Positions 30,564 to 39,501 are shown, numbered from the stretch's first letter. The stretch: 64,000 nt of DNA from Candidatus Muiribacterium halophilum (GCA_002869225.1 PKTG01000122.1:32071-96070), one strand, 5' to 3'. Translations and numbers: made by a program. Notes: a model not told the origin generated them from the letters alone.

Positions 30564-31874
30564 ATGGCTTTATTAAAAGTTATAGAAAATAGAATAGAGA
30601 TACTAGATGATAGATTACTTAACCATCATATTTGTAAAGAATTTGAGGCTTTTTATTTTAATGATCATATAATCAATTGTAGTTTTAAAGAATTGTTTTC
30701 ATTACCTGAAAACAAGTTTTGTGGATTAATAATAAAAGATAATAGGATCTTTATATTTAGAGATAGATTCTCTCCGATTCCTCTTTATTATAATAAAACC
30801 AACTCTTCAGAATGGTTTGTATCTGAAAGATTTTCAAATTTGAAAAACTTCTTTTGTCATAAAAAAGTAACAAAATCAAGATTCCTAAAGATAAAAAATG
30901 GTAATACTGATGATCTAAGTGATACTTTTTTTAAAAAAATAAAGAGGGTGATTCCAGGTAAGATGATTCAATGTGCTAATGAAAAAGTCTTCAATGTCAA
31001 AAAAAGAATAGATGATGTAAATGGATTTGAGTATGATTTTAAAAGTATTATCAAAAATGAAACAATAAAAAAAGGCAGTTATGCGACTTTATTAAGTGAG
31101 GGAGCTGATTCAGGAGCTGTCTCATATACTCTCAAGGAACTGCGAATAAAAAATAAAAACTACTCAATAATATTTGACAAAGAATCAGAGACAATAATAA
31201 AAAGTAGGGACGAAGATGTTATATCTTTTTACCCGGAAGAACTAAAAGATTATATATCAGGTAAAGGTTTTGAGAGTATTGAGTATGATTTTAATCCTAA
31301 TGCCAATATGTTTATCCCTGTTCTAAAAAAAATGAAGAAAGATGGAATAACGGATGTGTTTATGGGAGTAGGTGGAGACGAGATACATGGAAGCGATTTT
31401 CCAGTGTCTTTTTTCTGGGATTGTATTATAAGGGGATACTTTGATCAGTTAAGATTTAGCAGAAAGTTCTTTTTGTTTGTATTATTAAACTATCCAAAGG
31501 GAATACATAGAGGTTCGTTTTTAAAATATCAGATAAATAGGGTAATTAATTCTAATTTTTTGATCTTTAACCTTGAAAAGATATGGAAGTTTTTTATAGA
31601 GTATGGTATATATGTGCACTTCCCGTTTTATGACTCAAGATTGATCAATAACATAATGAACTCATCAATCCTTGATATTGTAAAGTTTAATAAGGAGAGT
31701 GGATATCTCATAAAGCAAAAGGATCTTTTATTTTTAAACACTGTTTATAGGAAAAGAAATTTTCTTGATATAATCCTTTCAGAACTTGAACTGACAAGAG
31801 AAGATTATAAAGAATGGTTAGATGAAAGAGCTTGGCATCTTTTTAAAAAAGAACTTGAAAATTTGTGTAAATAA
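30564..31874 (+). CDS. Asparagine-synthetase-like lasso peptide cyclase (C protein)
   Basis: Degenerate PP-loop (LLSEGADSGAVS in place of SGGxDS) and the AsnB motif MGVGGDEIHG. Short N-domain without the Cys2 glutaminase nucleophile. Lies directly upstream of the precursor. Confidence 0.65.
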   Translation: MALLKVIENRIEILDDRLLNHHICKEFEAFYFNDHIINCSFKELFSLPENKFCGLIIKDNRIFIFRDRFSPIPLYYNKTNSSEWFVSERFSNLKNFFCHKKVTKSRFLKIKNGNTDDLSDTFFKKIKRVIPGKMIQCANEKVFNVKKRIDDVNGFEYDFKSIIKNETIKKGSYATLLSEGADSGAVSYTLKELRIKNKNYSIIFDKESETIIKSRDEDVISFYPEELKDYISGKGFESIEYDFNPNANMFIPVLKKMKKDGITDVFMGVGGDEIHGSDFPVSFFWDCIIRGYFDQLRFSRKFFLFVLLNYPKGIHRGSFLKYQINRVINSNFLIFNLEKIWKFFIEYGIYVHFPFYDSRLINNIMNSSILDIVKFNKESGYLIKQKDLLFLNTVYRKRNFLDIILSELELTREDYKEWLDERAWHLFKKELENLCK

Positions 31875-31897
31875 GGATTTTTTTATATAATCTTATT

Positions 31898-32038
31898 ATG
31901 GAAAAAAAACAAAATGAAAACAAAGTATATGTAAAGCCAGAGATCAAAGAACTTGGCGATGCTTCTAAACTTACCAAAGCAGCAACAGGTCCTGATGCTG
32001 ATGGCACTTGGGGACAGTTGACCACCCCGGTTTCCTGA
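31898..32038 (+). CDS. Lasso peptide precursor (46 aa; leader 1-27, predicted core AATGPDADGTWGQLTTPVS)
   Basis: MEKKQNENKVYVKPEIKELGDASKLTKAATGPDADGTWGQLTTPVS. It fits Yx2PxLx3Gx5Tx exactly (Y11, P14, I16, G20, T26). Asp is at core position 8. Not in the supplied track (<60 aa). Confidence 0.8.
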   Translation: MEKKQNENKVYVKPEIKELGDASKLTKAATGPDADGTWGQLTTPVS

Positions 32039-32045
32039 TATTTAA

Positions 32046-32621
32046 ATGTCAAATGAAAGTTTTTCCAGTTTCTCATTTATCAAAAAAAAATGTCTTTTTA
32101 AAAATATTTTTAAATATAGATATATCTTTGATATTCCTGATATAAAAGAAAAGATATTAAGAAAAAGATCGTTAAATGGGGATAGGTTCCTATTTATTGT
32201 AAAAGGATTGTTTTTTTTAATAAATAAATCTGATGATGACATCTTTATCGTATATTCACTTAACGAACCTGAGAAGGATGACATGGTCTGTTATGCTGCA
32301 CTTCCTTATCTTGGTGTATTTTTAGATGTTCCCGTGTTTCATGTATCAGGAGTCAGATTAGGAGAAAAGTATTATCTTTTTGCTGGTAAAAGTGGATCTG
32401 GAAAATCAACTATAGCAAAATATCTAAGAGATAATCTGGATGCGAATATAATAGCGGATGATTTTATTTTTCTAACAGAAAACGGACTTGAGACAACTGC
32501 TTTTTATATAAAAGAAGATCAACAATATTTAAAAAACGATGATTTTAATAAAGAAGATATTTTAGATGATATTACATATATTTTTATTGAAGACTTTAGT
32601 GAATCAAAAAAAATAAAATAG
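32046..32621 (+). CDS. HPr-kinase-related (HprK C-domain-like) peptide kinase
   Basis: FHVSGVRLGEKYYLFAGKSGSGKSTIAKYL...IIADDFIFL matches the HprK-related kinase core (P-loop followed by a DD motif). Begins 7 nt after the precursor stop. Confidence 0.65.
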   Translation: MSNESFSSFSFIKKKCLFKNIFKYRYIFDIPDIKEKILRKRSLNGDRFLFIVKGLFFLINKSDDDIFIVYSLNEPEKDDMVCYAALPYLGVFLDVPVFHVSGVRLGEKYYLFAGKSGSGKSTIAKYLRDNLDANIIADDFIFLTENGLETTAFYIKEDQQYLKNDDFNKEDILDDITYIFIEDFSESKKIK

Positions 32622-32629
32622 ATGAATTT

Positions 32630-32806
32630 ATGTTCATAATGAAAAACACCTATAATATGAATTTTCTGAAGGAAAAAGGAATAACTCAGAAAGTATATAC
32701 AATGATCGCTGAGTTTTACCAAAAAAATGATTTTATTAAAATAGATTATACAAAGGATTATCATGGATTTGAAAGATTAAGGGAGATAATGATTGAGTAC
32801 TCTTGA
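32630..32806 (+). CDS. 58-codon ORF: either a small protein or the displaced N-terminus of the downstream nucleotidyltransferase
   Basis: Begins 9 nt after the kinase stop and overlaps the next ORF by 14 nt in another frame. No motif recognised. Confidence 0.25.
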   Translation: MFIMKNTYNMNFLKEKGITQKVYTMIAEFYQKNDFIKIDYTKDYHGFERLREIMIEYS

Positions 32807-33671
32807 AAGGTTTCATAACAGAAAATATAGTGGGCGTTTAAACTCTGAGATTCAAAAGGAAAAATTGGGTGATATCTTTTTTCTTGTATCAGCTAAAATA
32901 AATCATATATTAAAAAAGAATAAAATAAGGTTCTTTTTTGTAAAAGGAATATTTCTTTCTCAGATACTATATAAAAACATTAACAAAAGACCGGGGAAGG
33001 ATATAGACATCTATATTCACCCCTCTGATAGATATAAAGCACTACGAGTGATCAAAAGGATAGGATACGATGTACCGCTTGGCTATAAAACAGTAAAGAG
33101 TTTCTACATGCCTTTTTGTATGGATTTTACAATAACTGATAGGAGTATTAATATCGATCTACATTTCTATCTTATAGATGTTGGAGAAAGAAGCCTAAAT
33201 GATTATTTTGAATCATTAGAAATCTTAGATATTAAAGGTATTAAATTTCCTGTTACGAAAAAAGAATTTCATCTTTATTATGTGATTCATCATGCTTTAA
33301 AACACAGGTTTGAATATACGGGTATGATGATAGATATTATTGAATTATATATGGAATTAGATAAAAGTATCCTGCTTATTTCTACTGAGAAAAAATTTAT
33401 AAAAAAAGCAAAAATACTTTTGAATAGGCAAATAAGACCAATAAAAGAAGGTTCACTTAAAGCCTATCTCATGAGTTTTTTGATCTTAAATAATGTTGAG
33501 AGATTAAGGTTTTTAATAAAACATTTTGTTTTACCAATGCCAAACAACTGTTTTATGGTGGATAAATTTGAATATACTGGTATATTTATTTTAATTTTTT
33601 ATCGGATTTATAAAATAGTTTATAATAGAATAGTTCAAACATTAAATAGTAGGTGTATTGATGAGGTCTGA
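32793..33671 (+). CDS. Nucleotidyltransferase family protein (PF14907-like)
   Basis: FVKGIFLSQILYKNINKRPGKDIDIYIHPSDRYKALRVIKRIGYD matches the KG...Y...R...DIDLLV...A...L...GY signature. TTG start, and the N-terminal region is shorter than usual. Confidence 0.75.
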   Translation: MSTLERFHNRKYSGRLNSEIQKEKLGDIFFLVSAKINHILKKNKIRFFFVKGIFLSQILYKNINKRPGKDIDIYIHPSDRYKALRVIKRIGYDVPLGYKTVKSFYMPFCMDFTITDRSINIDLHFYLIDVGERSLNDYFESLEILDIKGIKFPVTKKEFHLYYVIHHALKHRFEYTGMMIDIIELYMELDKSILLISTEKKFIKKAKILLNRQIRPIKEGSLKAYLMSFLILNNVERLRFLIKHFVLPMPNNCFMVDKFEYTGIFILIFYRIYKIVYNRIVQTLNSRCIDEV

Positions 33672-33783
33672 AATTAATTCTGTTTCTTTTAGCACTGTCA
33701 AAAAAACATTTTCAGATTATATGTTTAGGTGTTTAAAGCCTAATATGGAAAAAATAAAACAACTATGGATTGCTATTTGTTAG
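33661..33783 (+). other. 40-codon ORF that looks like the true N-terminus of the heparinase-like gene, in a different frame
   Basis: ATG 33661 overlaps the upstream stop (a typical coupled start). FSDYMFRCLKPNMEKIKQLW resembles the usual ...LKPxQ...R... N-terminus of heparinase II/III-like proteins. It ends at TAG 33781, inside the start region of the main ORF. Confidence 0.4.
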
Positions 33784-33793
33784 GAATAAAAAA

Positions 33794-35971
33794 ATGAAAA
33801 ATATCCCAGATATTTTGAAAAACCGAATTAAAACAATCATTTTTAAAGTTAAAGAACTTGAAAAAACAATATTTGATAATCTTTTTAAAACAAAATCCGA
33901 ATTTAATAATAAGACATATTTTAATCAAAAAATATTGAATATTAATGATTTTTGTTTTGATGATTATAATTTTAAAAATAATAATTATCAGAAAAATATG
34001 TTTTTAAAAGGTAGATTTAACTATTTAGGAAGTGGTTGGGTCTATTGTGGTTATAATAGTGATGTTTTAGGATTTGACAATGTAAAGTATGATAGTAATA
34101 TTCTTTTAAAAAAGATTGACAATAATGGTTTTTGGTTGGAAAGTTTAATAAATAGATCAAACTTGAAATCCTCAAAAAAAATCTGGAAAAAAATTAGAAA
34201 CCCAAGATACATACCGCTTGATTGGCAAAAAGATTATAAAAGTGGATACAGGTGGAATTTAAAAAATACATCAAGTGGGATAAATAAAAACATTGGCAAA
34301 AAATATGGTGTGGATATTAAAACACCTTGGGAACTTTCTCGAATGCATCATCTGTTACTAATGGCTATTTTATCGGTATATAATTCGAAAGATGCATATT
34401 CAACAATCAATTATTTTCATGATAATATTTTGGATTTTATAAGTTTAAACCCTCCAAGATATGGAGTAAATTGGGTTTGTACGATGGAAGTATCAATTAG
34501 AGTTATTAATATGTTATTAGCTTTTGATATATTTAAGCAATTAGATAAGTTGAATATATTAGACGATACATTTACTGAAATATTTTTAACTTCAGTCTAT
34601 GAGCATGGGTTACATATTTTTGAAAATTTAGAATTCAATTCCAAATTTACAACAAATCACTATTTAAGTAATATAGCAGGATTAATATTTATTTCTAGAT
34701 ATTTAAAACCTGACAAAACTACAATTAATTGGTTGCATTTTTCTATAAATGAATTAGTCAAAGAAACTGAGAAACAATTTTATGATGATGGCGGAAATTA
34801 TGAAAGTTCTTCTTGTTATCATAAATTATCTTCTGAAATTTTAGTATATAGTTTCTCAGTCCTATTAGGAATGGAACAAAATATATTAAAACATCTTAAA
34901 AAGAATTACCAAAAAATGAAAATATCTCCAAATAAATGTATGTATTCTATAATAAAGAAAGAAGAAGATTATAAGATTTGTTTTTCTGATAGGTTAATAA
35001 AAAAATTTTTTAAAATCGGGGTTTTTTTAAAAGATATAATGAAAAATAATAATAACATCCCTCAAATAGGGGATAATGATAGTGGTCATTTTATTAAATT
35101 GTCTTCTTATGGAGAATTTATGTCTAACTCCGAAGCACAGGAAAAATATCTTAACCTTAAGGGTTATATAAATTATTTAGAAAAGAATGAATATAAGGAA
35201 TCTTATTATTTTGATGAAAATAATCTTAATGTCGAATCATTGATAGGTTGTTTTAAAGGAATATTTTTAACGGATAAAGAGTTTAATAATGGTTCAAAAC
35301 TGGAAGAAAGCTTTATAAAAAATTTATCAGGAAATAATAAGTTGAAAATTGCTGTTGAAGAAAACAAAGAAAATAATATACAAAGAGGTGAAAAATACTT
35401 TTTGTTAAAAAATAGTTTGAAATATTTAAAAAAACAGACTTTTATTGGGAAAAACTTAAAGTATAAATTGAAAAATTATTTTTATCCTGAAAGCGGTATT
35501 ATTTTATTTAAATCTGACGAACTTTACTTATGTTTTTATTCTACCCCTGTTGGACAGAATGGTAATGGAGGACATTCTCATAATGATAAAGGTTCTGTAG
35601 AACTTGTTATAAATAATTGTGAGATTTTGAAAGATCCTGGTTCCTATATTTATACAGCCGATCCAAAAAGAAGAAATTTATATAGAAGCACACCTAGTCA
35701 TAATTGTATTTCTGTTGATAATATCGAACAAAACAACTTAGAAAATAGTGTTGAAAAAATATTCAAATTAAAGGAAACATATAAGTCTGAAATCTTAGAG
35801 TTTAATGATACAACTGCTACTATGTTAATTACATATAAAAATATAAAAAATCTTAGAACAGTTAAAATTTATAATAATAAAATTCATATTATTGATAGAT
35901 GTAATAAAAGGTTTGAAATAAATAAATCAACTGTATCTTATTCTAATGGTTATGGAAAGCTCTATAAATGA
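33794..35971 (+). CDS. Heparinase II/III-like protein
   Basis: C-terminal GGHSHNDKGSVELVINNCEILKDPGSYIYT...YRSTPSHNCISVD signature. Track start is TTG 33770; the first ATG is 33794. Confidence 0.8.
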   Translation: MKNIPDILKNRIKTIIFKVKELEKTIFDNLFKTKSEFNNKTYFNQKILNINDFCFDDYNFKNNNYQKNMFLKGRFNYLGSGWVYCGYNSDVLGFDNVKYDSNILLKKIDNNGFWLESLINRSNLKSSKKIWKKIRNPRYIPLDWQKDYKSGYRWNLKNTSSGINKNIGKKYGVDIKTPWELSRMHHLLLMAILSVYNSKDAYSTINYFHDNILDFISLNPPRYGVNWVCTMEVSIRVINMLLAFDIFKQLDKLNILDDTFTEIFLTSVYEHGLHIFENLEFNSKFTTNHYLSNIAGLIFISRYLKPDKTTINWLHFSINELVKETEKQFYDDGGNYESSSCYHKLSSEILVYSFSVLLGMEQNILKHLKKNYQKMKISPNKCMYSIIKKEEDYKICFSDRLIKKFFKIGVFLKDIMKNNNNIPQIGDNDSGHFIKLSSYGEFMSNSEAQEKYLNLKGYINYLEKNEYKESYYFDENNLNVESLIGCFKGIFLTDKEFNNGSKLEESFIKNLSGNNKLKIAVEENKENNIQRGEKYFLLKNSLKYLKKQTFIGKNLKYKLKNYFYPESGIILFKSDELYLCFYSTPVGQNGNGGHSHNDKGSVELVINNCEILKDPGSYIYTADPKRRNLYRSTPSHNCISVDNIEQNNLENSVEKIFKLKETYKSEILEFNDTTATMLITYKNIKNLRTVKIYNNKIHIIDRCNKRFEINKSTVSYSNGYGKLYK

Positions 35972-36097
35972 TTGGTATAAAGTATTAGCCATACGACGTA
36001 GTAATCTAAAAAGATATGTTGGAATTGTACATATAATATTATATCTCTGAAAAGGGAAGAAAGTAAGATCAATTATAAGAGATGACTTTTCAGATTT

Positions 36098-37216
36098 CTA
36101 TTTTGGTTGTTTATAAATTGAGATTAATTTATTTGCAACGGTTTTATATGAATATTGCGATAATATTCTTTTTCTGTTTTTAATCCTATAATCCTTCGCT
36201 GAATCGTTTTTTAAGATGGAAAGTGCATTATTTAATTTTTCTTTAAGATCTTTTAAATTGTTTTCTTTAAAAATGAGTCTTTTATCATGTACAAGATTTT
36301 TGAGTTCGCCAGAATCAGAACATATAACAATAGAGTTTGCATTAATAGCTTCGATTACCACTCTTCCAAATTGTTCCTTTATATTTGGCATTGTTCTTGA
36401 AGGAACTATAAGAATGTCGATGTTTTTATAAAATTCTAACATCTCTTTATGTTCCTTATGTCCTAAATATTCTATAGAAGGAGATTGAATTAAATTTTCA
36501 AGATAAGAACCTTTTCCTACTGCATAAAATCTTAATTTTTTATTAGACATAGATTCTGCAAGGTCAATAAAAAGATCGATTCCTTTAACCTCTTCAAATC
36601 TTCAGGCAAAACCAATTCTAATGATATTTCCTGATAAATTATTTCTTAAAGGTTTTGATCCTTCGATTTCGTTTACCGTCAATGGTATGATTTTATGAAT
36701 CTTTTTTGAGCCTTTTGCTCTTAGTACTTTTGAAATATCTTCAGTCAGTGGTAGCATTATTGTACAATTATTAATGACAAATCTTTCAAAAAAAGAAAAC
36801 GGAAACGGAAAATTTTTTTTTATATTTTGAGCACTGAAACATAGTAGTTTAGCATCTTTGTTTGTAAAACGTGAAAGAAGACATACTAGAAAGGATGTAA
36901 GACTATAAGGTTCCTCGATTATATGTATTACATCGAACTTTTTTAGGATCAGATAGAAGATACTTGGATATATTAAAGTTAGATTAAGTAGAGGTTTGCT
37001 TAGCCAAAGAAATAGAGGTATATTTCTTATTATTTTCATATTTTTATCATCATCATTTTTTTTAAAAAACTGCCATTTTCCAGCTTCTTTCCAAAATAAT
37101 GGAGTGAGTAAAGTGATATTAAATTCCTTTTTTTTAGATATATTCTGAAAAAGTCTTCTATAAGAATCTATTATTAGTGAATGAGATATTACCAGTATTT
37201 TTTTATTCGATTTCAT
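36098..37216 (-). pseudogene. GT4 glycosyltransferase interrupted by an in-frame TGA (36602-36604)
   Basis: Track ORFs 36602..37216 and 36098..36550 are in the same frame. The junction reads IRIGFA*RFEEVKGIDLFIDLAE, where GT4 enzymes have ...vGRl...KG. The EX7E region (KEQFGRVVIEA) is in the C-terminal part. Confidence 0.8.
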
Positions 37217-38507
37217 TTTGTTGCTGCTCTAAATTTATATGTTGTTTTGCATAAAATATACCGACGACTACACCGATAGTCCAATTCGCCATTATTGCGA
37301 TTAGCGGATCTTCTGCAAGAGAAAGAAACTGAAAAGCGAAACAGCTTGTTATTACAGTTAAAACAAAATTTTTTTCTGAAACGGAAATCTTTGTATAGTA
37401 TGATTTGATCATATCTCTAAAGAGAATTATCCAAAACCAAAGATAAAGGAAAAAGCCTATAACTCCCATCTCGACAAGGATTGTAAGATACATATTAAAA
37501 GCATTATTGAAAGGTTTTGAATCATAAGGTATTGCAGATCCAATGAAATTTCCTACACCAATACCTAAAAGAGTGTTTGCTTTAAACTGAGACCATGCAT
37601 CCTTCCATAACGTAACTCTTGAAAGAATCGATGTATCCGTAAGGTTTATAACCCCTACAAATCTTTCGTAAACTGGTGGATAAGCTAATATGGCAATTAT
37701 AACTATTATTGAAGTAATAAAATACAAATAGTTTCTTTTAAAGAAAACATTTATTAGCACAAAGGAAACAAGTAAAGAACTAATAGCCGTTCTCGATATA
37801 CTTGAAATAAAACCCATAAAACTTATCATAAGACATGCTTTTAAAAGAAAATTTCTTTTATTAAGTGAGAAGAACACGAGAAGTGGAAATAATACAAGCA
37901 TATATTCACCAAAAGCGTTTGGATTTCCAAACATCCCGTAACCTCTTAGGTTGGAACCTCTGAAAGGCCTAAAGAAAAAAGTATATAAGACATAAATGGA
38001 ACCTAGTGAACTTGAAAAGAATATTACTTTATTAAGATAATCTATCTTTTTTCTGTTTGTAAGAAGGTTGACAGTTATGAAATAGGCACATACAAAAAGC
38101 AGATAAGCCATTATCCTTTTAGATTGACCCGGTAATGTCGAGGGTCTTAAAGTGGATAAAGCGTATATTGCAAACAAAGTAAAAGGTAGTTCTATTGAGG
38201 TATGTATCAGTTTTTTTCTTTTACTTGTAAGTATATTAATAAATAAAAGGAAAAAAGTGACTATTATTAATGCGTTACTTGCGTATATATTGATGAATCC
38301 TATTTTTAAAGAAGGATTGAAGAGATTTGCCATAAGGAAAATCCCGACAAGACCGTATAGAAGTGAAAAAGAGAGTAATAAGACTGATGCAAAAATAATA
38401 ATGACAAAAAAAGCACTTTCATAATTTTGGTCAACCATTAAAAAAGAGATTAATGCACCAAATATTAAAAGAAAGATAAATATAAAAATAGCACTTTTAT
38501 TTTCCAC
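37203..38507 (-). CDS. O-antigen ligase/polymerase (Wzy_C-type) membrane protein
   Basis: About 10-12 TM helices with a larger loop in the C-terminal half. Sits in a glycosyltransferase/Wzc locus. Confidence 0.65.
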   Translation of the reverse strand: MENKSAIFIFIFLLIFGALISFLMVDQNYESAFFVIIIFASVLLLSFSLLYGLVGIFLMANLFNPSLKIGFINIYASNALIIVTFFLLFINILTSKRKKLIHTSIELPFTLFAIYALSTLRPSTLPGQSKRIMAYLLFVCAYFITVNLLTNRKKIDYLNKVIFFSSSLGSIYVLYTFFFRPFRGSNLRGYGMFGNPNAFGEYMLVLFPLLVFFSLNKRNFLLKACLMISFMGFISSISRTAISSLLVSFVLINVFFKRNYLYFITSIIVIIAILAYPPVYERFVGVINLTDTSILSRVTLWKDAWSQFKANTLLGIGVGNFIGSAIPYDSKPFNNAFNMYLTILVEMGVIGFFLYLWFWIILFRDMIKSYYTKISVSEKNFVLTVITSCFAFQFLSLAEDPLIAIMANWTIGVVVGIFYAKQHINLEQQQNEIE

Positions 38508-39501
38508 TGTGTTGCTCCTGGGTAAGCAGTATATAAAAGACTATAAAGATCGTTATAGCAATGAAAAAAGAGATTAGTTCGTTTCGCATTATTATCATGG
38601 AAAATCCAGCTATACCAGCTATGATCTGTAATAGAAACAATATTCTCGATATGCGATTTTCCGGGATCCCATTTTTCAAAAGTGACATTGAAAATGTGGA
38701 TTCACTTCTGACACTGTTTAAAAGATTAGCCATAGGTATCATAAAAAGCAAAGAAAGTATTGTAAACTTTAACTGGTTATGCAGTGATATATAGGCAATA
38801 ACAGAACCATACCATAGATAGAAATTTCTTGTAGGAGTGATTTTAGCAGGATGGGACGTATAGGTCTGAAGTGATAAGATCGATACACCAAGAACGAGAA
38901 ATATCTGAGAGGAGAGTATCTGTTCCAGAAATAGAGTTATGAAAAACAGGTTTATTAATACAATACCTGTAATAAGTAAATTGTTTCCTGTATGTTCTTC
39001 ATTGTTGTAGAAGATCATTTGGAAAAATACAAACCATAAAAAAGTCAAAGGTAAAGAGAACCATAGATTTTCTGAAAAAAAATCGATATTTATATTGTTG
39101 TAATATGCCAGATATGTGTTAAAAGCGGAGAGAAGTGTTATGCTAATCTTTCTGCTTTTAATAACAAACGGCAGAAAAATATTCAAGATCATTATTATCA
39201 TAAGAGAGTTGAAGAAATTACTCTTTTCTGTATAGAATTCAGGTAATCTTTTGTTAACATAAAGACTTATAATCATTGATAATAGAAAGACTGGAAATAT
39301 TATAAGTGCTGAATAACCTTTTAAAGTAGGAAAAGGAAAGAGACTATTTTCTTCGGGTGCTGCAAGCAGGTTAAATCTTCTGGCAATTCTAAGAAGAATA
39401 TTTGCAGCAAATTTTGTTAGTATATATGCTAGTATTATACTTAATAAATATGTTTTCAATTTAAAAGACCCCTGTAAAGATCTAAAATTTTTCCAGCACA
39501 T
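38497..39501 (-). CDS. Polytopic membrane protein, distantly WecA/MraY-like with degenerate catalytic motifs
   Basis: Colinear resemblance to WecA landmarks (ARRFNLLAAPEEN...P..KGYSAL; NNEEHTGNNLLITG where WecA has NMVDGIDGLLGG). The protein has only a single Asp. Confidence 0.35.
   Translation of the reverse strand: MCWKNFRSLQGSFKLKTYLLSIILAYILTKFAANILLRIARRFNLLAAPEENSLFPFPTLKGYSALIIFPVFLLSMIISLYVNKRLPEFYTEKSNFFNSLMIIMILNIFLPFVIKSRKISITLLSAFNTYLAYYNNINIDFFSENLWFSLPLTFLWFVFFQMIFYNNEEHTGNNLLITGIVLINLFFITLFLEQILSSQIFLVLGVSILSLQTYTSHPAKITPTRNFYLWYGSVIAYISLHNQLKFTILSLLFMIPMANLLNSVRSESTFSMSLLKNGIPENRISRILFLLQIIAGIAGFSMIIMRNELISFFIAITIFIVFYILLTQEQHSGK

Noticed and set aside
31843-32284. Track ORFs 31843..32076 (-) and 32042..32284 (-), overlapping the precursor and kinase region.
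   Set aside because: They are antisense to a precursor ORF with an exact lasso leader motif and to the P-loop kinase gene. They carry no motifs and are best explained as shadow ORFs.
36602-36604. Selenocysteine at the in-frame TGA of the GT4 gene.
   Set aside because: The position aligns with an invariant Gly, not a redox Cys. I see no convincing stem-loop immediately downstream, and GT4 enzymes are not selenoproteins.
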